Assembly: GCA_965248695.1 (NCBI GenBank)
Contig: CBDFKD010000002.1
Coordinates: forward strand, 512,001-576,000
Direction: 5' to 3'
DNA from: Acidobacteriota bacterium
GTDB lineage: Bacteria; Acidobacteriota; UBA890; WLXD01
DNA: 64,000 nt
Shown: positions 41,780-51,764 of the stretch, in pieces
Layout of the letters: each line of letters starts with the position of its first letter
Position numbering within the stretch: position 1 is the first letter of the stretch
Program-made: the position numbers and the translations under genes
The notes under the pieces: model-generated
Told to the model about the DNA's origin: nothing
Databases searched by the model: none
What the model saw: the letters and a program-made list of their open reading frames with translations, nothing else

Positions 41780-41934
41780 CGGTGTGGCGCGCCGCCCTCA
41801 TCGAGACTCTTGCATCCTCCGCATGAGCACGATGTACACAATGGACCCGACGCGATTGCCCGCTGCCTTGATGCCGCGAGACTCCCAACGCGACACCTGC
41901 GAACTGGAGATCGCGATCTCGTCAGTGTCCGCTA

Positions 41935-42297
41935 CTACGCGGCCCCGGTAGACCGAACTGCCGTGCCCGACCTGCAAACCCGCGTATAGCTGACCGTCTT
42001 GACCGGCATAAACCACGTGTGTCGCCGGGCTGAACGGAGCATACGTAACGGCCAAGGGTAGCGTTGCTCTTGGCCGCGTAGGCGATTGTGGGCTTTCTCG
42101 ATTCGAGACAGGTACCGGAAAACGCCTTCGGGGCCGTCGTTTTCAGCAACGATCTCAAGATGTCCGTTCACGGCTTCCGCAAGGTGTTCTAGGGCTTCGT
42201 GGGGGCTAGCGCCCTGACTTGCGATGTTGGTGCCTTCAAGTACCGCGACAACGACATCGTCTTCGCGCGTGAGCCGTACGGCTGCCAGGATTTCCAT
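41935..42297 (-). CDS. HicB-like antitoxin; 3' end uncertain
   Basis: REDD.VVA....NIASQG.S..EAL..L.EAV. Confidence 0.7.
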   Translation of the reverse strand: MEILAAVRLTREDDVVVAVLEGTNIASQGASPHEALEHLAEAVNGHLEIVAENDGPEGVFRYLSRIEKAHNRLRGQEQRYPWPLRMLRSARRHTWFMPVKTVSYTRVCRSGTAVRSTGAA

Positions 42298-42562
42298 GGG
42301 CTGTGTGTTAGGTCTCGCGAAAACGGGATGGGATCTGCAGCTTGTACCTGCAAATACTACGAGGAGGAATCCACGACGGACGAAAGCTAAAGGTGGGCGC
42401 GCGACGAGCCTCGGAAATCAGGTGGGTACCTGAAAGAAGATTATCACCAACTCTCTTTGCATCGGCGCCATTGGAGTAGCTCGAGCTCTTCGCCGTAGTG
42501 CGCAGAAGGAAGCCTAGCTGGAGCGCTGCTGGCGATCGCGCATGAAGCCGGTGACGGCTCCT

Positions 42563-43417
42563 TCAAGCTTGGCCATGCGTGCCTGCCGCCAGAGCGTGAA
42601 GCCGCGTAAGATTGAGACGGTCCAATATGCTGTCTCGTCCCTTCGGGGTCTCCAAAATGCCCGGCAGCCTGCGGATCCGCCGGTGTGCCAAGAGCGCCCG
42701 AAATCCACCGCTTCCGATGGTACCGTCGCCAATGCTGGCGTGGCGGTCGAGTCGCGAGCCAGCGGCGCCCCGGGAGTCGTTCAGATGGATGGCGTGGATG
42801 CGCTCGAAGCCGATCGCATGGTCCAAGGCATCCAGGGTCCGGCGTACCCGGGCGGTCGTGTCGAGGCGGTGGCCGGCCGCGTGTAGGTGGCAGCTATCCA
42901 GGCACAGCCCGACGCGATCCAAGGGGAAGCGCCGTATGACCTCGCCCAGCTCTTCGAGGTGACTGCCAAGCGCCGTGCCCTGTCCAGCGGTCACCTCCAG
43001 AAGCAATCGCGAACCTACGATTCCTCGCGTTAGCGCGGCAACGGATGCCTCGAGATGCTCAAGTGCCTGGAAACGGGATTGATTGCCGCACGAACCGGGG
43101 TGCACCACCAGCCCATCGATCCCGAGGCGCTGGCAGCGACGCAACTCGGCGCGACAACTGCGCCACGAACGCGCCCGCAGCTCCGAATCGCCCGAAGCCA
43201 GATTCACCAGATAGCTGGCGTGTGCTAGCACCGGACGGATCCCGTGACGGGCGCAACCCTCCCGGAAGCGCGTCGCCTCGCGGCGCCGCAGACGCCGCAT
43301 CGCCCACTGGCGGTTGCTCTTGACGAAGATCTGCATTGTCTCGCAGCCGAGGTCCGCGGCGCGTTCGGGGGCCCTGTCCAGGCCTCCTGCTGCGGAAATG
43401 TGGACACCGAATCGCAC
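42563..43417 (-). CDS. nfo: Endonuclease IV (AP endonuclease)
   Basis: GVHISAAGG, QIF, HASYLVN, HPGS, LEVTAGQG, DSCH, HLNDS, DRH, ETP. Confidence 0.95.
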   Translation of the reverse strand: MRFGVHISAAGGLDRAPERAADLGCETMQIFVKSNRQWAMRRLRRREATRFREGCARHGIRPVLAHASYLVNLASGDSELRARSWRSCRAELRRCQRLGIDGLVVHPGSCGNQSRFQALEHLEASVAALTRGIVGSRLLLEVTAGQGTALGSHLEELGEVIRRFPLDRVGLCLDSCHLHAAGHRLDTTARVRRTLDALDHAIGFERIHAIHLNDSRGAAGSRLDRHASIGDGTIGSGGFRALLAHRRIRRLPGILETPKGRDSILDRLNLTRLHALAAGTHGQA

Positions 43418-43541
43418 GCTGACTCGCTTCCTCGCTCACGCCGCGACCAGCCATTTGTCATGCTCGCGAAGGTCGATGGCCACTCCTCTTCGTGTCGCCG
43501 TACACGAGCGGTTGCCCCGATCAGCTAGCCAACGACTCTGT

Positions 43542-43874
43542 TCAGCGGTAGCTGCCAGCAGACACGCAAACGCCGCACAGCACGCCGCCCGCCGTCGCTG
43601 GCTCAAGCACGCCATCGATGACGCACTCGTAGTACGCGATCACCTCGATCCAGCCCTCGGCATCGATGGCGAGGACGCGACCCATCGGCGTTTTATCGGG
43701 CGAGCCCTTCCAATGGATTGTCCGATCGGTCTGCTCCATGAAGTACAACGTGTCGAGGCTGCGCGGGTCGATCGAGGAAAACTTCCAGTTGAGCCTGAGC
43801 TGCGTGCGGATGCGCTTACCACCGGGAATCGGGCGTCCGGTCTGGTGCTCGGGCAAAGCGTAGACATCTCGCAT
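43542..43874 (-). CDS. Hypothetical protein
   Basis: ATG ORF co-oriented with neighbours; no recognisable motif. Confidence 0.4.
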   Translation of the reverse strand: MRDVYALPEHQTGRPIPGGKRIRTQLRLNWKFSSIDPRSLDTLYFMEQTDRTIHWKGSPDKTPMGRVLAIDAEGWIEVIAYYECVIDGVLEPATAGGVLCGVCVSAGSYR

Positions 43875-43892
43875 GGTGTACGGCTTCGACCC

Positions 43893-44147
43893 TTACGCGG
43901 CCGGCGACGCCTTGCTGCTGATGGCTTCACGTAGCCCGTCGAGCAGCCCTTCGAGGCGGGCCATGCGCTCGCGTAGCTCAGATATCTGCGTGCGGAGCTC
44001 GGCGATTTCGGCACGTAGGCCCTGCAGCCCCTCGGTCAGGCGCTTGTCCAGTGCACCGATCCGCTGGTCGGTGCGTGCCGATAGCCGCATTACGAGCCCG
44101 GCGAGGGCAATACCTACGGCCAGGATGCCAATCAGTTCAGGTGTCAT
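43893..44147 (-). CDS. Small TM plus coiled-coil protein
   Basis: MTPELIGILAVGIALAGL then heptads LRERMARLEG; RBS present. Confidence 0.75.
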   Translation of the reverse strand: MTPELIGILAVGIALAGLVMRLSARTDQRIGALDKRLTEGLQGLRAEIAELRTQISELRERMARLEGLLDGLREAISSKASPAA

Positions 44148-44478
44148 GTGGCTCGCCTCATCCTTGCTCCCGTAGCGCCTTCCGCCAGACCCACCGCTTA
44201 CTACGATTCCAGAAGGTCCAGAAGGTTGCCTGCGCGGGGCTCTTGACGCTGCGGCTGGGCCTCATCCAGCTTACGGCTAAACGAACGTGGAGGAACGGCC
44301 TTCGGAGAAACGGCCCTCGTCTTCGAGGCAGCCGCCTGCTTCGCTTTCGAGAATGGGAGATCAGCGTCGGGCGCCGACTTCGTCTGGGCGATCTGGTTCC
44401 GCTTGTTGAACTTCAGGTCATCGCTGTTGCTGGCGGGAGGGCACTTACTCATGTCTGTCTTGGCGCGATCACGGTGGG

Positions 44479-45459
44479 TCAGCCGCAAGAAAATGCTGCA
44501 AGAACAAGCACAATCAGGGTAAAGGCAGCGAGCGCTGCGGCGCAGCCCCTTTCGCCCTCGCTCACCGAAGGCGTTTTGTGGGTCTGTTTGTCGGGCTTGA
44601 TTTCAAACGTGAACTCCACGTCCGGGCGGTAGGTGTGTTCTTCGCCATCAGCAAAGATGTCGTGGTCCCAACCCCCGCCCTCATTCTCGAACCAGACTTC
44701 CTCCATTTCGTAGTCGGCCGCATCAAGCTCAGACTCCTTTACAGCTTCAATCGTCAGTCTAAACTCGGCCTTCTTCGGCCTGTTAGGTTTCCGCAGTCCC
44801 TCGTCGCGTATGGCACCGCGCTTCAGATCGCAATAGTGCTCATCTTCTTCCTTGTAGCAATCAACTGCGTCCTCGTGCAGATCTGTTGATTCGATCCGGC
44901 CCTCTTCGGACCGTAGCCACTTGTCCATCAGTACCCGCGCGTGGTCGGTGTCTCTAGCATAGACGCCATACTCGCGCCAGCCGTAGGCATAGGTGCAGCG
45001 CACCAGGTAGATGCCGCCGCCGAACGCCGCCCGCGCCTCGGCTTCTGCCTTTTCCTCAGCCTCGCGTTTTCTGACCAGGGTCGCGGCTCGCTTCGCCGCC
45101 CCCTTCTGTGCGGCCTGGCGCCGACGATCCGTTTTCTCCTTCTCCTTCTCCACGACGTAGGCCGGAGATTTCAACACGGCGTTTACACGATCGGTTGAGT
45201 ACAGCACGCAACCGCCACCGTATTCAATCACCGCTCGTTCATCATGTTCCGGTAGAAACTTCTCGATTAGGTCGGGAGTCATGCCGTGCACTTCTTGGAG
45301 TTCGGAACCGGTGACGTATCCGTCAACCGCCATGCGCCAACTCCCGTCGCGCAGCTTCACAAGCTGGCCGGTCAGCCACGTCCCGTCGCTTGCCGCGCGC
45401 CAACGCTTTGGCCGCTTGGTTTCTGTACGGCCGCCCATCAGAAGGTCCTCGCCATCCAC
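44479..45459 (-). CDS. Phage hypothetical protein downstream of the repressor
   Basis: 326-aa ORF overlapping the repressor end; charged coiled coil in the middle, hydrophobic C-terminus. Confidence 0.6.
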   Translation of the reverse strand: MDGEDLLMGGRTETKRPKRWRAASDGTWLTGQLVKLRDGSWRMAVDGYVTGSELQEVHGMTPDLIEKFLPEHDERAVIEYGGGCVLYSTDRVNAVLKSPAYVVEKEKEKTDRRRQAAQKGAAKRAATLVRKREAEEKAEAEARAAFGGGIYLVRCTYAYGWREYGVYARDTDHARVLMDKWLRSEEGRIESTDLHEDAVDCYKEEDEHYCDLKRGAIRDEGLRKPNRPKKAEFRLTIEAVKESELDAADYEMEEVWFENEGGGWDHDIFADGEEHTYRPDVEFTFEIKPDKQTHKTPSVSEGERGCAAALAAFTLIVLVLAAFSCG

Positions 45460-46301
45460 CTCACCTCGCCCACTAGCACCGCATCGTCAGGCCAGGGCTG
45501 CTCGTTGGTCCAGCTGGGGTTGTCGCTGACCAGCAGCCAGGTGTGGTCGGGGCCCTTGGCGGCGCGCTTTACCACCAACCCCTCGTCTTTGAGCTGTACG
45601 GCGTAGATGTGGTTGGTGCAGGGCCGGCGAGCGGTGCGGTCCAGGAGGATCTTGCAGCCGTCCGGTAGGGTGGGCTCCATGGAATCGCCGACGACGCCGA
45701 CGACCGAGCAGTGGTTGGGATCGAGGTTGTTGCGGTCCAGCCACCAGCGCTGGAACGCGAGGTAGCCCTTCACCTTTACCTCATCGAACAGGGAGCCGCC
45801 GCCAGCGGCGGAGGCGAGGTCGAACACTTCGACCTGGCGGATTGCCATGGCGCTGGCGTCGGTGTCGGCGAGGGCGTCCGGGTCGGCGAGTTCGCCTTTG
45901 CCCTGAGCTCGCAGGAAATCGACCACACGGTCGGTGCGGTGTAGGCGCTCTTGGAGCCCCGGTTGCGCGGCGTCTCGCTGCGTCAGCTCTTCGCGCACAG
46001 CAGTTCGCACCGCGCTCAGGATGTCGTCGTGGCTCGGTTCCTCGCCGTTGTCCGTGCTGTCAGGCTCGGGCTCGGGTGCAGCTTCGCGCGGCGGGCCGAC
46101 GTAGAACTCAAGACCGAGGGCGTCGCAGATTTCAGCCGCGCGGTCAACGGACGGGACACGTCCTCGCAGGACCGATCTGATCGCATCACGATTGAGCCCA
46201 GCGGCCAGTGCCGTCGTGATCGCTGAACGTTTTTCTCGGTCAAGCTGTTGCCGCACGATTTCTGCAAACTCCGACCTCGCAGTCTCCTTAACTTGCGGCA
46301 T
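45438..46301 (-). CDS. CI-like repressor (HTH + S24 peptidase)
   Basis: N-terminal HTH; ASAAGGG cleavage site, GDSMEP, VVKR, GEVRW. Confidence 0.92.
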   Translation of the reverse strand: MPQVKETARSEFAEIVRQQLDREKRSAITTALAAGLNRDAIRSVLRGRVPSVDRAAEICDALGLEFYVGPPREAAPEPEPDSTDNGEEPSHDDILSAVRTAVREELTQRDAAQPGLQERLHRTDRVVDFLRAQGKGELADPDALADTDASAMAIRQVEVFDLASAAGGGSLFDEVKVKGYLAFQRWWLDRNNLDPNHCSVVGVVGDSMEPTLPDGCKILLDRTARRPCTNHIYAVQLKDEGLVVKRAAKGPDHTWLLVSDNPSWTNEQPWPDDAVLVGEVRWMARTF

Positions 46302-46355
46302 GTGGCAACTATGCCACGCGAGAGTTTCGGGGAAAAGATGGGGAATCCGCCACTC
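46302..46355. promoter_or_regulatory. Candidate repressor operators in the divergent switch region
   Basis: Palindrome gtggca-acta-tgccac (46302-46317) and related tgggg-aatc-cgcca (46340-46353); both TGG-N8-CCA. Confidence 0.45.
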
Positions 46356-46491
46356 TTGTGTGGTGTCTGGCGGTGTGCATCCACACGGGCCGGGAGATCT
46401 TCGGAGCCCGCCGCCGCCGGAAGTTCCGCCTCGGACAGCTGTCACCCCAGTACATGGCGGAGCTGCGTCGTCAACGTCAGGAGGGGCAGCT

Positions 46492-46725
46492 ATGAAAGGC
46501 GAGGTCATCGTTTCGGTGCCCGCCGGCTCTGACGTGTGGTGCATCCAGGTGCGCTCGGATCACCCCATCGGCACAACCAACACCTACACCGCCCCCACCT
46601 TGATCGGCGCGGAGGTCTCGGAAGGCAACGTGCTGCGGCGCTTGGAGCGCGAGTTCCCGGACTGCGAGATCACCGTTGTCGGGCGGAATCGCGAGCGCCA
46701 CCCGGCACTGGGGGCGTCGGCATGA
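46492..46725 (+). CDS. Phage early hypothetical protein
   Basis: AGGAGG RBS, ATG; first rightward ORF after the repressor. Confidence 0.6.
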   Translation: MKGEVIVSVPAGSDVWCIQVRSDHPIGTTNTYTAPTLIGAEVSEGNVLRRLEREFPDCEITVVGRNRERHPALGASA

Positions 46726-47216
46726 GTGCGCGCGAGGCGTTGGTGTGGAGCGTGCTGTCACGCAACCACCGTGGCCGGCAGGGCGCCATCAAACAGCGAC
46801 AGCTGGCAGCGCGGTGCGGGCTCAGTACGCGCAAGCTGCAACACGTGCTCAAGTCGTTAACCGAGCGTCACCACAAGCCCATCGCCTCCTCGTGCCGGGA
46901 GCCGTTCGGGGTGTTCGTGCCGGTAACCGAGCGGGAGCGGCAGCGCTACATCGGACAGCTACGCGCACGGGCCACCTCGTGCTTCAAGCGCCTGAGCGCC
47001 GTTTCAGAAGCCGCGGCACGCCAGACGCACCGACAGGTGCAGCAAGAGCTTTGGGAGCGTGCTGACTCCCTCAACACGCGTGTTGGAGGGGCATCTGGGG
47101 TTCAGCGTGTGTGCCTGTGTGGGTGTGGACAGTCTTTCGTGCCGAATCGTGGTGACCAGCTGTACGTGGATGCACTGCACCGCTACGCAGCGGCTAACCG
47201 CCGGAGGGCGTCATGA
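46722..47216 (+). CDS. Winged-HTH protein with C-terminal CxCGC metal motif
   Basis: AIKQRQLAARCGLSTRKLQ...PIASS; CLCGCGQSF. Confidence 0.7.
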   Translation: MSAREALVWSVLSRNHRGRQGAIKQRQLAARCGLSTRKLQHVLKSLTERHHKPIASSCREPFGVFVPVTERERQRYIGQLRARATSCFKRLSAVSEAAARQTHRQVQQELWERADSLNTRVGGASGVQRVCLCGCGQSFVPNRGDQLYVDALHRYAAANRRRAS

Positions 47217-48184
47217 AGCCGGATACCGAGGCAAAGCGCGAGGCGTTCCTGCGCACCCGTACGGAGATCGGAGCTTCCGAGGCAGCCGCCGTACTCGGAG
47301 TGGACGCCTACAAGGGGCCGGACGACGTGTACGACCGGATCACGGCGCTCAGGGACCACGACGAGGTGCTGGAGTCGGAGCGGACGGCCGCAATGCAGCG
47401 AGGCATCCACCTGGAGCCGATCGTGGCGCGGCTGTACGCGCAGCGCACCGGTCGCAAGATCCGAGCCCAGAGCACGCCCGACCGCTGCCGCGAGTTCGAG
47501 CACCTGCAAGCCAATCCGGATAGAGAGGTACTTGCGAGCGACAGCGAGGGCACCGGACTGCTGGAGGTGAAGTGCCCTGGTGTGCGGATCTTCGACTACC
47601 TGAAAGACAACGGTCTGCCGGACTCCTGGAACGTGCAGGGGCAGGCGCAGCTCGCCTGTCGTCCGAAGATCGGCTACGTGGAGTACGCGATCCACAACGC
47701 CGAGCGCTGGGAAACGCTGATCGTCCGCATCGAGCGCCACGAGGAGTTCATCGGGCAGCTGCTCGTGCCACGGCTGCGGGAGTTCTGGGAGCGGCACATC
47801 GAGCCGCGCGCGCGACCGGAGGCGGTTGTCGAGCCCGTGCCGTTGCCACCGTCATGGAACGGTGAGGTCGAGGTGATCGAGTCCGCACCGCTTCAGGAAG
47901 CGATCGCCCGGTACGCCGAGGCCAAGCAGATGGCCACGGAGATCCAAGGCATCGTGGATGCTCGCAAGGGCCGCTTGGTGAGCCTGCTGGGCGATGCGCA
48001 GGGAGTGGCCTGTGGCCCCTGGAAGGTGTTGCACCGCTGGGTGATGCCCAAGACGGGGCGGCTCGACACGAAGCGTCTGGCGGCATTCCTGCGGGAGCAC
48101 GGCATGAGCTTAGAGCAGTTCCGTGCTGATCCGAAGCCGTATCGCGTACTGCGCAAACCCACCTACAGGAGGAATGTGGCATGA
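47213..48184 (+). CDS. YqaJ-like viral recombinase/exonuclease
   Basis: IGASEAAAVLG, RG..LEP, ANPDR, LEVKC, Q.Q.Q. Confidence 0.92.
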   Translation: MKPDTEAKREAFLRTRTEIGASEAAAVLGVDAYKGPDDVYDRITALRDHDEVLESERTAAMQRGIHLEPIVARLYAQRTGRKIRAQSTPDRCREFEHLQANPDREVLASDSEGTGLLEVKCPGVRIFDYLKDNGLPDSWNVQGQAQLACRPKIGYVEYAIHNAERWETLIVRIERHEEFIGQLLVPRLREFWERHIEPRARPEAVVEPVPLPPSWNGEVEVIESAPLQEAIARYAEAKQMATEIQGIVDARKGRLVSLLGDAQGVACGPWKVLHRWVMPKTGRLDTKRLAAFLREHGMSLEQFRADPKPYRVLRKPTYRRNVA

Positions 48185-48897
48185 GCCCACAACAAGCGGC
48201 GCTGGCCATTGACACGGTGCAACAGAGCGCCGGGCTGGACCCGGCGGTATGGAGTGCCGAGAAGATCGAGACCGTCAAGCGCATGGCCGCCCCAGCGGCG
48301 CGCAATGTGCACGAGCTGGCGGCCTTCTTGCACCTGTGCCAGCGGTACGACCTAGACCCTTTGGCCAAAGAGCTCTACATGATCCAGGGCAAGGGGGGAC
48401 CGCAGATCTGTGCCGGGCGCGAGACCTTCCTGAAGGTGGCGCGCCGAGATCCCAACTACCAGGGCTGCCGCTCGGGCGTGGTGTACGAAAAGGACCACTT
48501 CAGCGTTGACGTCGAGGGCTCCGAAGTCACCGTGCATCACCGCATCGATGGGCTCGACAGGGGGCAGATCTCGGGCGCTTACGCGGTAGCGCGCAAGGAG
48601 GGGCAGGAACCGGTGCTCGTGGTGCGTCGCTGGGACGACTACAAGCACCTGCATGCCAAGGACAACTGGAGACACTACGGCGACGACATGATCGAGACGC
48701 GCTGCATCGTGGCGGCGCTGCGGAGGCAGTTCGGGCTGTCCGGGATCTACCACGAGACGGAGTTCGCGGATCCGGAGGCCCAGGTCGAGGCGATCGAAGA
48801 GACGACCCGCGCCAAGCTCGACGCGATGATCGATCAGGAGCGTGACACGGCCGACGAGGAGCTGGCCCAGCAGCTTCAAGACAGTCAGTGTGGCTGA
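48181..48897 (+). CDS. recT: RecT/Bet single-strand annealing protein; may extend to 49009 across a frameshift
   Basis: YDLDPLAKELY, GAYA, W....DM, ALRRQF..SGIY. Confidence 0.85.
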   Translation: MSPQQAALAIDTVQQSAGLDPAVWSAEKIETVKRMAAPAARNVHELAAFLHLCQRYDLDPLAKELYMIQGKGGPQICAGRETFLKVARRDPNYQGCRSGVVYEKDHFSVDVEGSEVTVHHRIDGLDRGQISGAYAVARKEGQEPVLVVRRWDDYKHLHAKDNWRHYGDDMIETRCIVAALRRQFGLSGIYHETEFADPEAQVEAIEETTRAKLDAMIDQERDTADEELAQQLQDSQCG

Positions 48898-49011
48898 GCC
48901 TACGGCACAGGACGGCGAGCCAGAGTCCGCGGCCGAGCAACAGAGCGCGATAGCCCCACCGGCGGTCACCGACAAGGATCTGCCCTTGCAGGGCCAGGAG
49001 AAGGCCTGACG

Positions 49012-49461
49012 ATGCAGTTCACCAAGATCCGCTACGACGGCTCCAACGTCGAGCTGACATGGGAAGAGGCTGACGGGGAAGAGACTCGGACCACGAAGCT
49101 TTTCTCTACCGACCCGCCCAAGAAGCCGTTTCAAGAGGCGCTCAATGCGTTCCTGCCGAACGTGTTGGAGCTGTTGGAACTGTCCGAGCAGTACGGACAG
49201 GACATGAGCGTTCGGTCCGTGTCTGTGCAGCACAAGCGCGGCGGCAGCGAGGGTCTGGTGGTCAGTTGCGTGAAGTCGCTGCCGGAGACCAACGCGCCGT
49301 TCGTGCTGCACACGCCGTACCTGCTGCTGTTGGAGGACGAGGCAGATTCGGTAGTGGCCAGCATGGACGAAGCGCTTTCGGATCTACGACAGCAAGCTCA
49401 ACGTTACCTCGACGGCGACCGGGCGCAGGGCAACCTGTTCCAGGACCAGGAGACGGCGTAA
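49012..49461 (+). CDS. Phage hypothetical protein
   Basis: RBS, ATG, tail YLDGDRAQGNLF. Confidence 0.7.
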   Translation: MQFTKIRYDGSNVELTWEEADGEETRTTKLFSTDPPKKPFQEALNAFLPNVLELLELSEQYGQDMSVRSVSVQHKRGGSEGLVVSCVKSLPETNAPFVLHTPYLLLLEDEADSVVASMDEALSDLRQQAQRYLDGDRAQGNLFQDQETA

Positions 49462-49463
49462 CG

Positions 49464-50006
49464 GTGCAGGTTGTCCTAGCGATCGATCCCGACCCGCGCG
49501 GTGGCTCGTGGGTGTTGTGCGACGAGCGCGGCGTCCGCTCGCATGAGCGCAACTGCCAGATGCGGCATCTGAAACAGGCGATCAAAGGCGCTGGCGTCAT
49601 GAAGCACCAAGTCGTCGTCGAGGATGTTGTCTCCTACGGAATGCTGGTCGGGCGTGAGGTGTTCGACACCGTCAAGAACATCGGCGAGATCCGAGGGGCC
49701 TGCCGCCAACACGGGGTTCCGTTCGATCTGCTGAGCCGTGTGCAGGTCAAGACAGCACTGTGCCGTAGCGCACGCGCCAAGGATGCCAACGTGCGGGCGG
49801 CGCTGATGGATCTGTACGGCGGCTCTCGTGAGGCTGCCGTTGGCCGCAAGGCATCACCGGGGCCGCTGTACGGCCTCGTCGCTGACGAGTGGGCCGCACT
49901 GGCGCTCGGGCTCGTGTGGCTGTCGCGCCAAGGGCTCGGACCCTTGGTGCGGCGGGATGGACCGGAGGGACTTGCCGAAATGCGGTCTGCGGAGGAGGCG
50001 TCGTGA
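49464..50006 (+). CDS. RuvC-like Holliday junction resolvase
   Basis: VLAIDP, VVE, VK..LC, AKD, DEWAALA. Confidence 0.8.
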   Translation: MQVVLAIDPDPRGGSWVLCDERGVRSHERNCQMRHLKQAIKGAGVMKHQVVVEDVVSYGMLVGREVFDTVKNIGEIRGACRQHGVPFDLLSRVQVKTALCRSARAKDANVRAALMDLYGGSREAAVGRKASPGPLYGLVADEWAALALGLVWLSRQGLGPLVRRDGPEGLAEMRSAEEAS

Positions 50007-50847
50007 GCGGGCGGCCTCTATCACCGGAAGGCGCGGAGATTCTGCGGCTATCTCCAATGCAGCCCCATCCGATTGCCGAGCTGTTCCCGATGCTGCCCGA
50101 CAGCGAGCTTCAGGAGATGGCCAACGACATTGCTGAGAACGGACTGCGGCAACCGATCGTCCTGTTGGAGCGGATGATCCTCGACGGGCGCAACCGATAT
50201 CGGGCCTGCGAGCTCGCCGGAATCGAGCCGGAGTTCATTGCGTACCGGGGCGATGACCCGGTGGCGTTTGTGATCTCGGCGAACTTGCATCGTCGCCACC
50301 TGACGGTAGGGCAGCGAGCGTTGGTAGCAGAACGGCTCGCCACGATGCGGCAGGGAGAGCGCACGGACCTTTCGCAAAAATGCGGAAAGTCGCGGAGGAA
50401 AGCAGCCGAGTTGCTGAACGCGTCTCCGAACGGAGCATCGACAACGTTCGTGCGCTGCGTAGCGAAGAGGACGCCAACGACCTTGTAGAGGCCGTTGAGC
50501 GTGGCGAGAAGACGCTTGGAGCCGCTAGCGCTGAGGTACAGCGGCGCAAGCTGCCGACGCCCAAAGAGGCAAACCGGCTCGCTGCTGAAACCGGCACGCC
50601 GGTTGTCGCTTTCGATGAGCGCATCTACACGGGGCGGCCAGAAGCTGAGGTGCAGGCCGAATCCGAGCGCGTGCAGAGGGTGGCACGGATTCTCGATGCG
50701 CTGAAGGCATTGGCGGCCGACGCGGCCACCGAAGTTATCCCGCTTGTTCCCTGGTACCAGGTCACCGACGTAGAGGGTGCGCTACCCGGAGCCGAGAAGT
50801 TTATCCGTGAGCTACGGGAGGGTTGGAGTGATCGAGAAGATCGATAG
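50003..50847 (+). CDS. ParB N-terminal domain protein, frameshifted near 50420
   Basis: HP.A.LFP, DI.ENGL..PI, ILDGRNR, N..RRHLT; HTH AAELLN continues as VSERS in ORF 50380..50847. Confidence 0.85.
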
Positions 50848-51307
50848 GGCAATTGACCACTGTTGGCAGATCGCGCTTGAGAACGAGGACGCTGCGCGTC
50901 CCGCTGACGTGCGTGAGCTGTTCTTGGAGCGGTATCCGGAGACGGCGGACCACTACCGGGAGCAGATGTTCCGGTCGGGTTTGATGCGCAAGATCAACGA
51001 ACGCGCCAAGCTCGCGAGCCAGCCTCTGCCGGAGGCGTATAGGCAGTCGACCCTGTTCAAGCACATTCCTGGGCAGCGCATCCAGCGAATGATCCCGATT
51101 GCCTCCGGAGCCGACTCCTCCTGGGTCGCTATCGAGAAGGCGACCCGCGAGCACGTGTCTGCCTGGTTAGGAGTCGAGCGTCTGAACAAAGACGCGGCGC
51201 TCAAGAAGTTCCACGACACCGAAGACAAGGTGAAGTTCTTCCTGGCGATCATGCACGGCACCGACACTGTTGGTGAAGCGCTGGCGCGTTACCGGGATGC
51301 TGCATGA
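50828..51307 (+). CDS. Phage hypothetical protein
   Basis: Coupled ORF in the early operon. Confidence 0.65.
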   Translation: MIEKIDRAIDHCWQIALENEDAARPADVRELFLERYPETADHYREQMFRSGLMRKINERAKLASQPLPEAYRQSTLFKHIPGQRIQRMIPIASGADSSWVAIEKATREHVSAWLGVERLNKDAALKKFHDTEDKVKFFLAIMHGTDTVGEALARYRDAA

Positions 51308-51498
51308 GCGAACGGGAGCTGCTACGGCTGCTGCACAGGGCGGCGATCGCGCTGCGCGGCAACGCCAACTCCGCCGCCGCCTATGGCAACGGCGACAAGG
51401 CTGAGCACGAGCACAGCCTTGCCCGGAAGCTGCAAGGACCCGCCACCGTAACCATCAAGAACCTGTACCGGCGCGCACGCATGGGGGTCGGGGCATGA
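51304..51498 (+). CDS. Phage hypothetical protein
   Basis: ATGA overlaps on both sides. Confidence 0.55.
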   Translation: MSERELLRLLHRAAIALRGNANSAAAYGNGDKAEHEHSLARKLQGPATVTIKNLYRRARMGVGA

Positions 51499-51764
51499 GG
51501 AGCCAGCGAACGATGACCAAACGCGACGCGCCCGAGTCGGGCGACAGACCGGAGTTCAAATTCACAACAATCGAAAAGGAGACCAAGAATCGCCGACGCG
51601 CCTGCATGCTCCTCGGCGCGCCCGCCGTCAACGTGCTTTACGACCACGGTCTCAGGGTGATCCCGTGGGAGGACACTCTGCTGGTCTATCACGCGGATGA
51701 GCTAGAGCGGCTCGGCGGAGACTTGAAAGAGCTGCGCGACGCCGCCATTAAGACTTGTCGATGA
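51495..51764 (+). CDS. Phage hypothetical protein
   Basis: ATGA overlap with the upstream ORF. Confidence 0.55.
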   Translation: MRSQRTMTKRDAPESGDRPEFKFTTIEKETKNRRRACMLLGAPAVNVLYDHGLRVIPWEDTLLVYHADELERLGGDLKELRDAAIKTCR

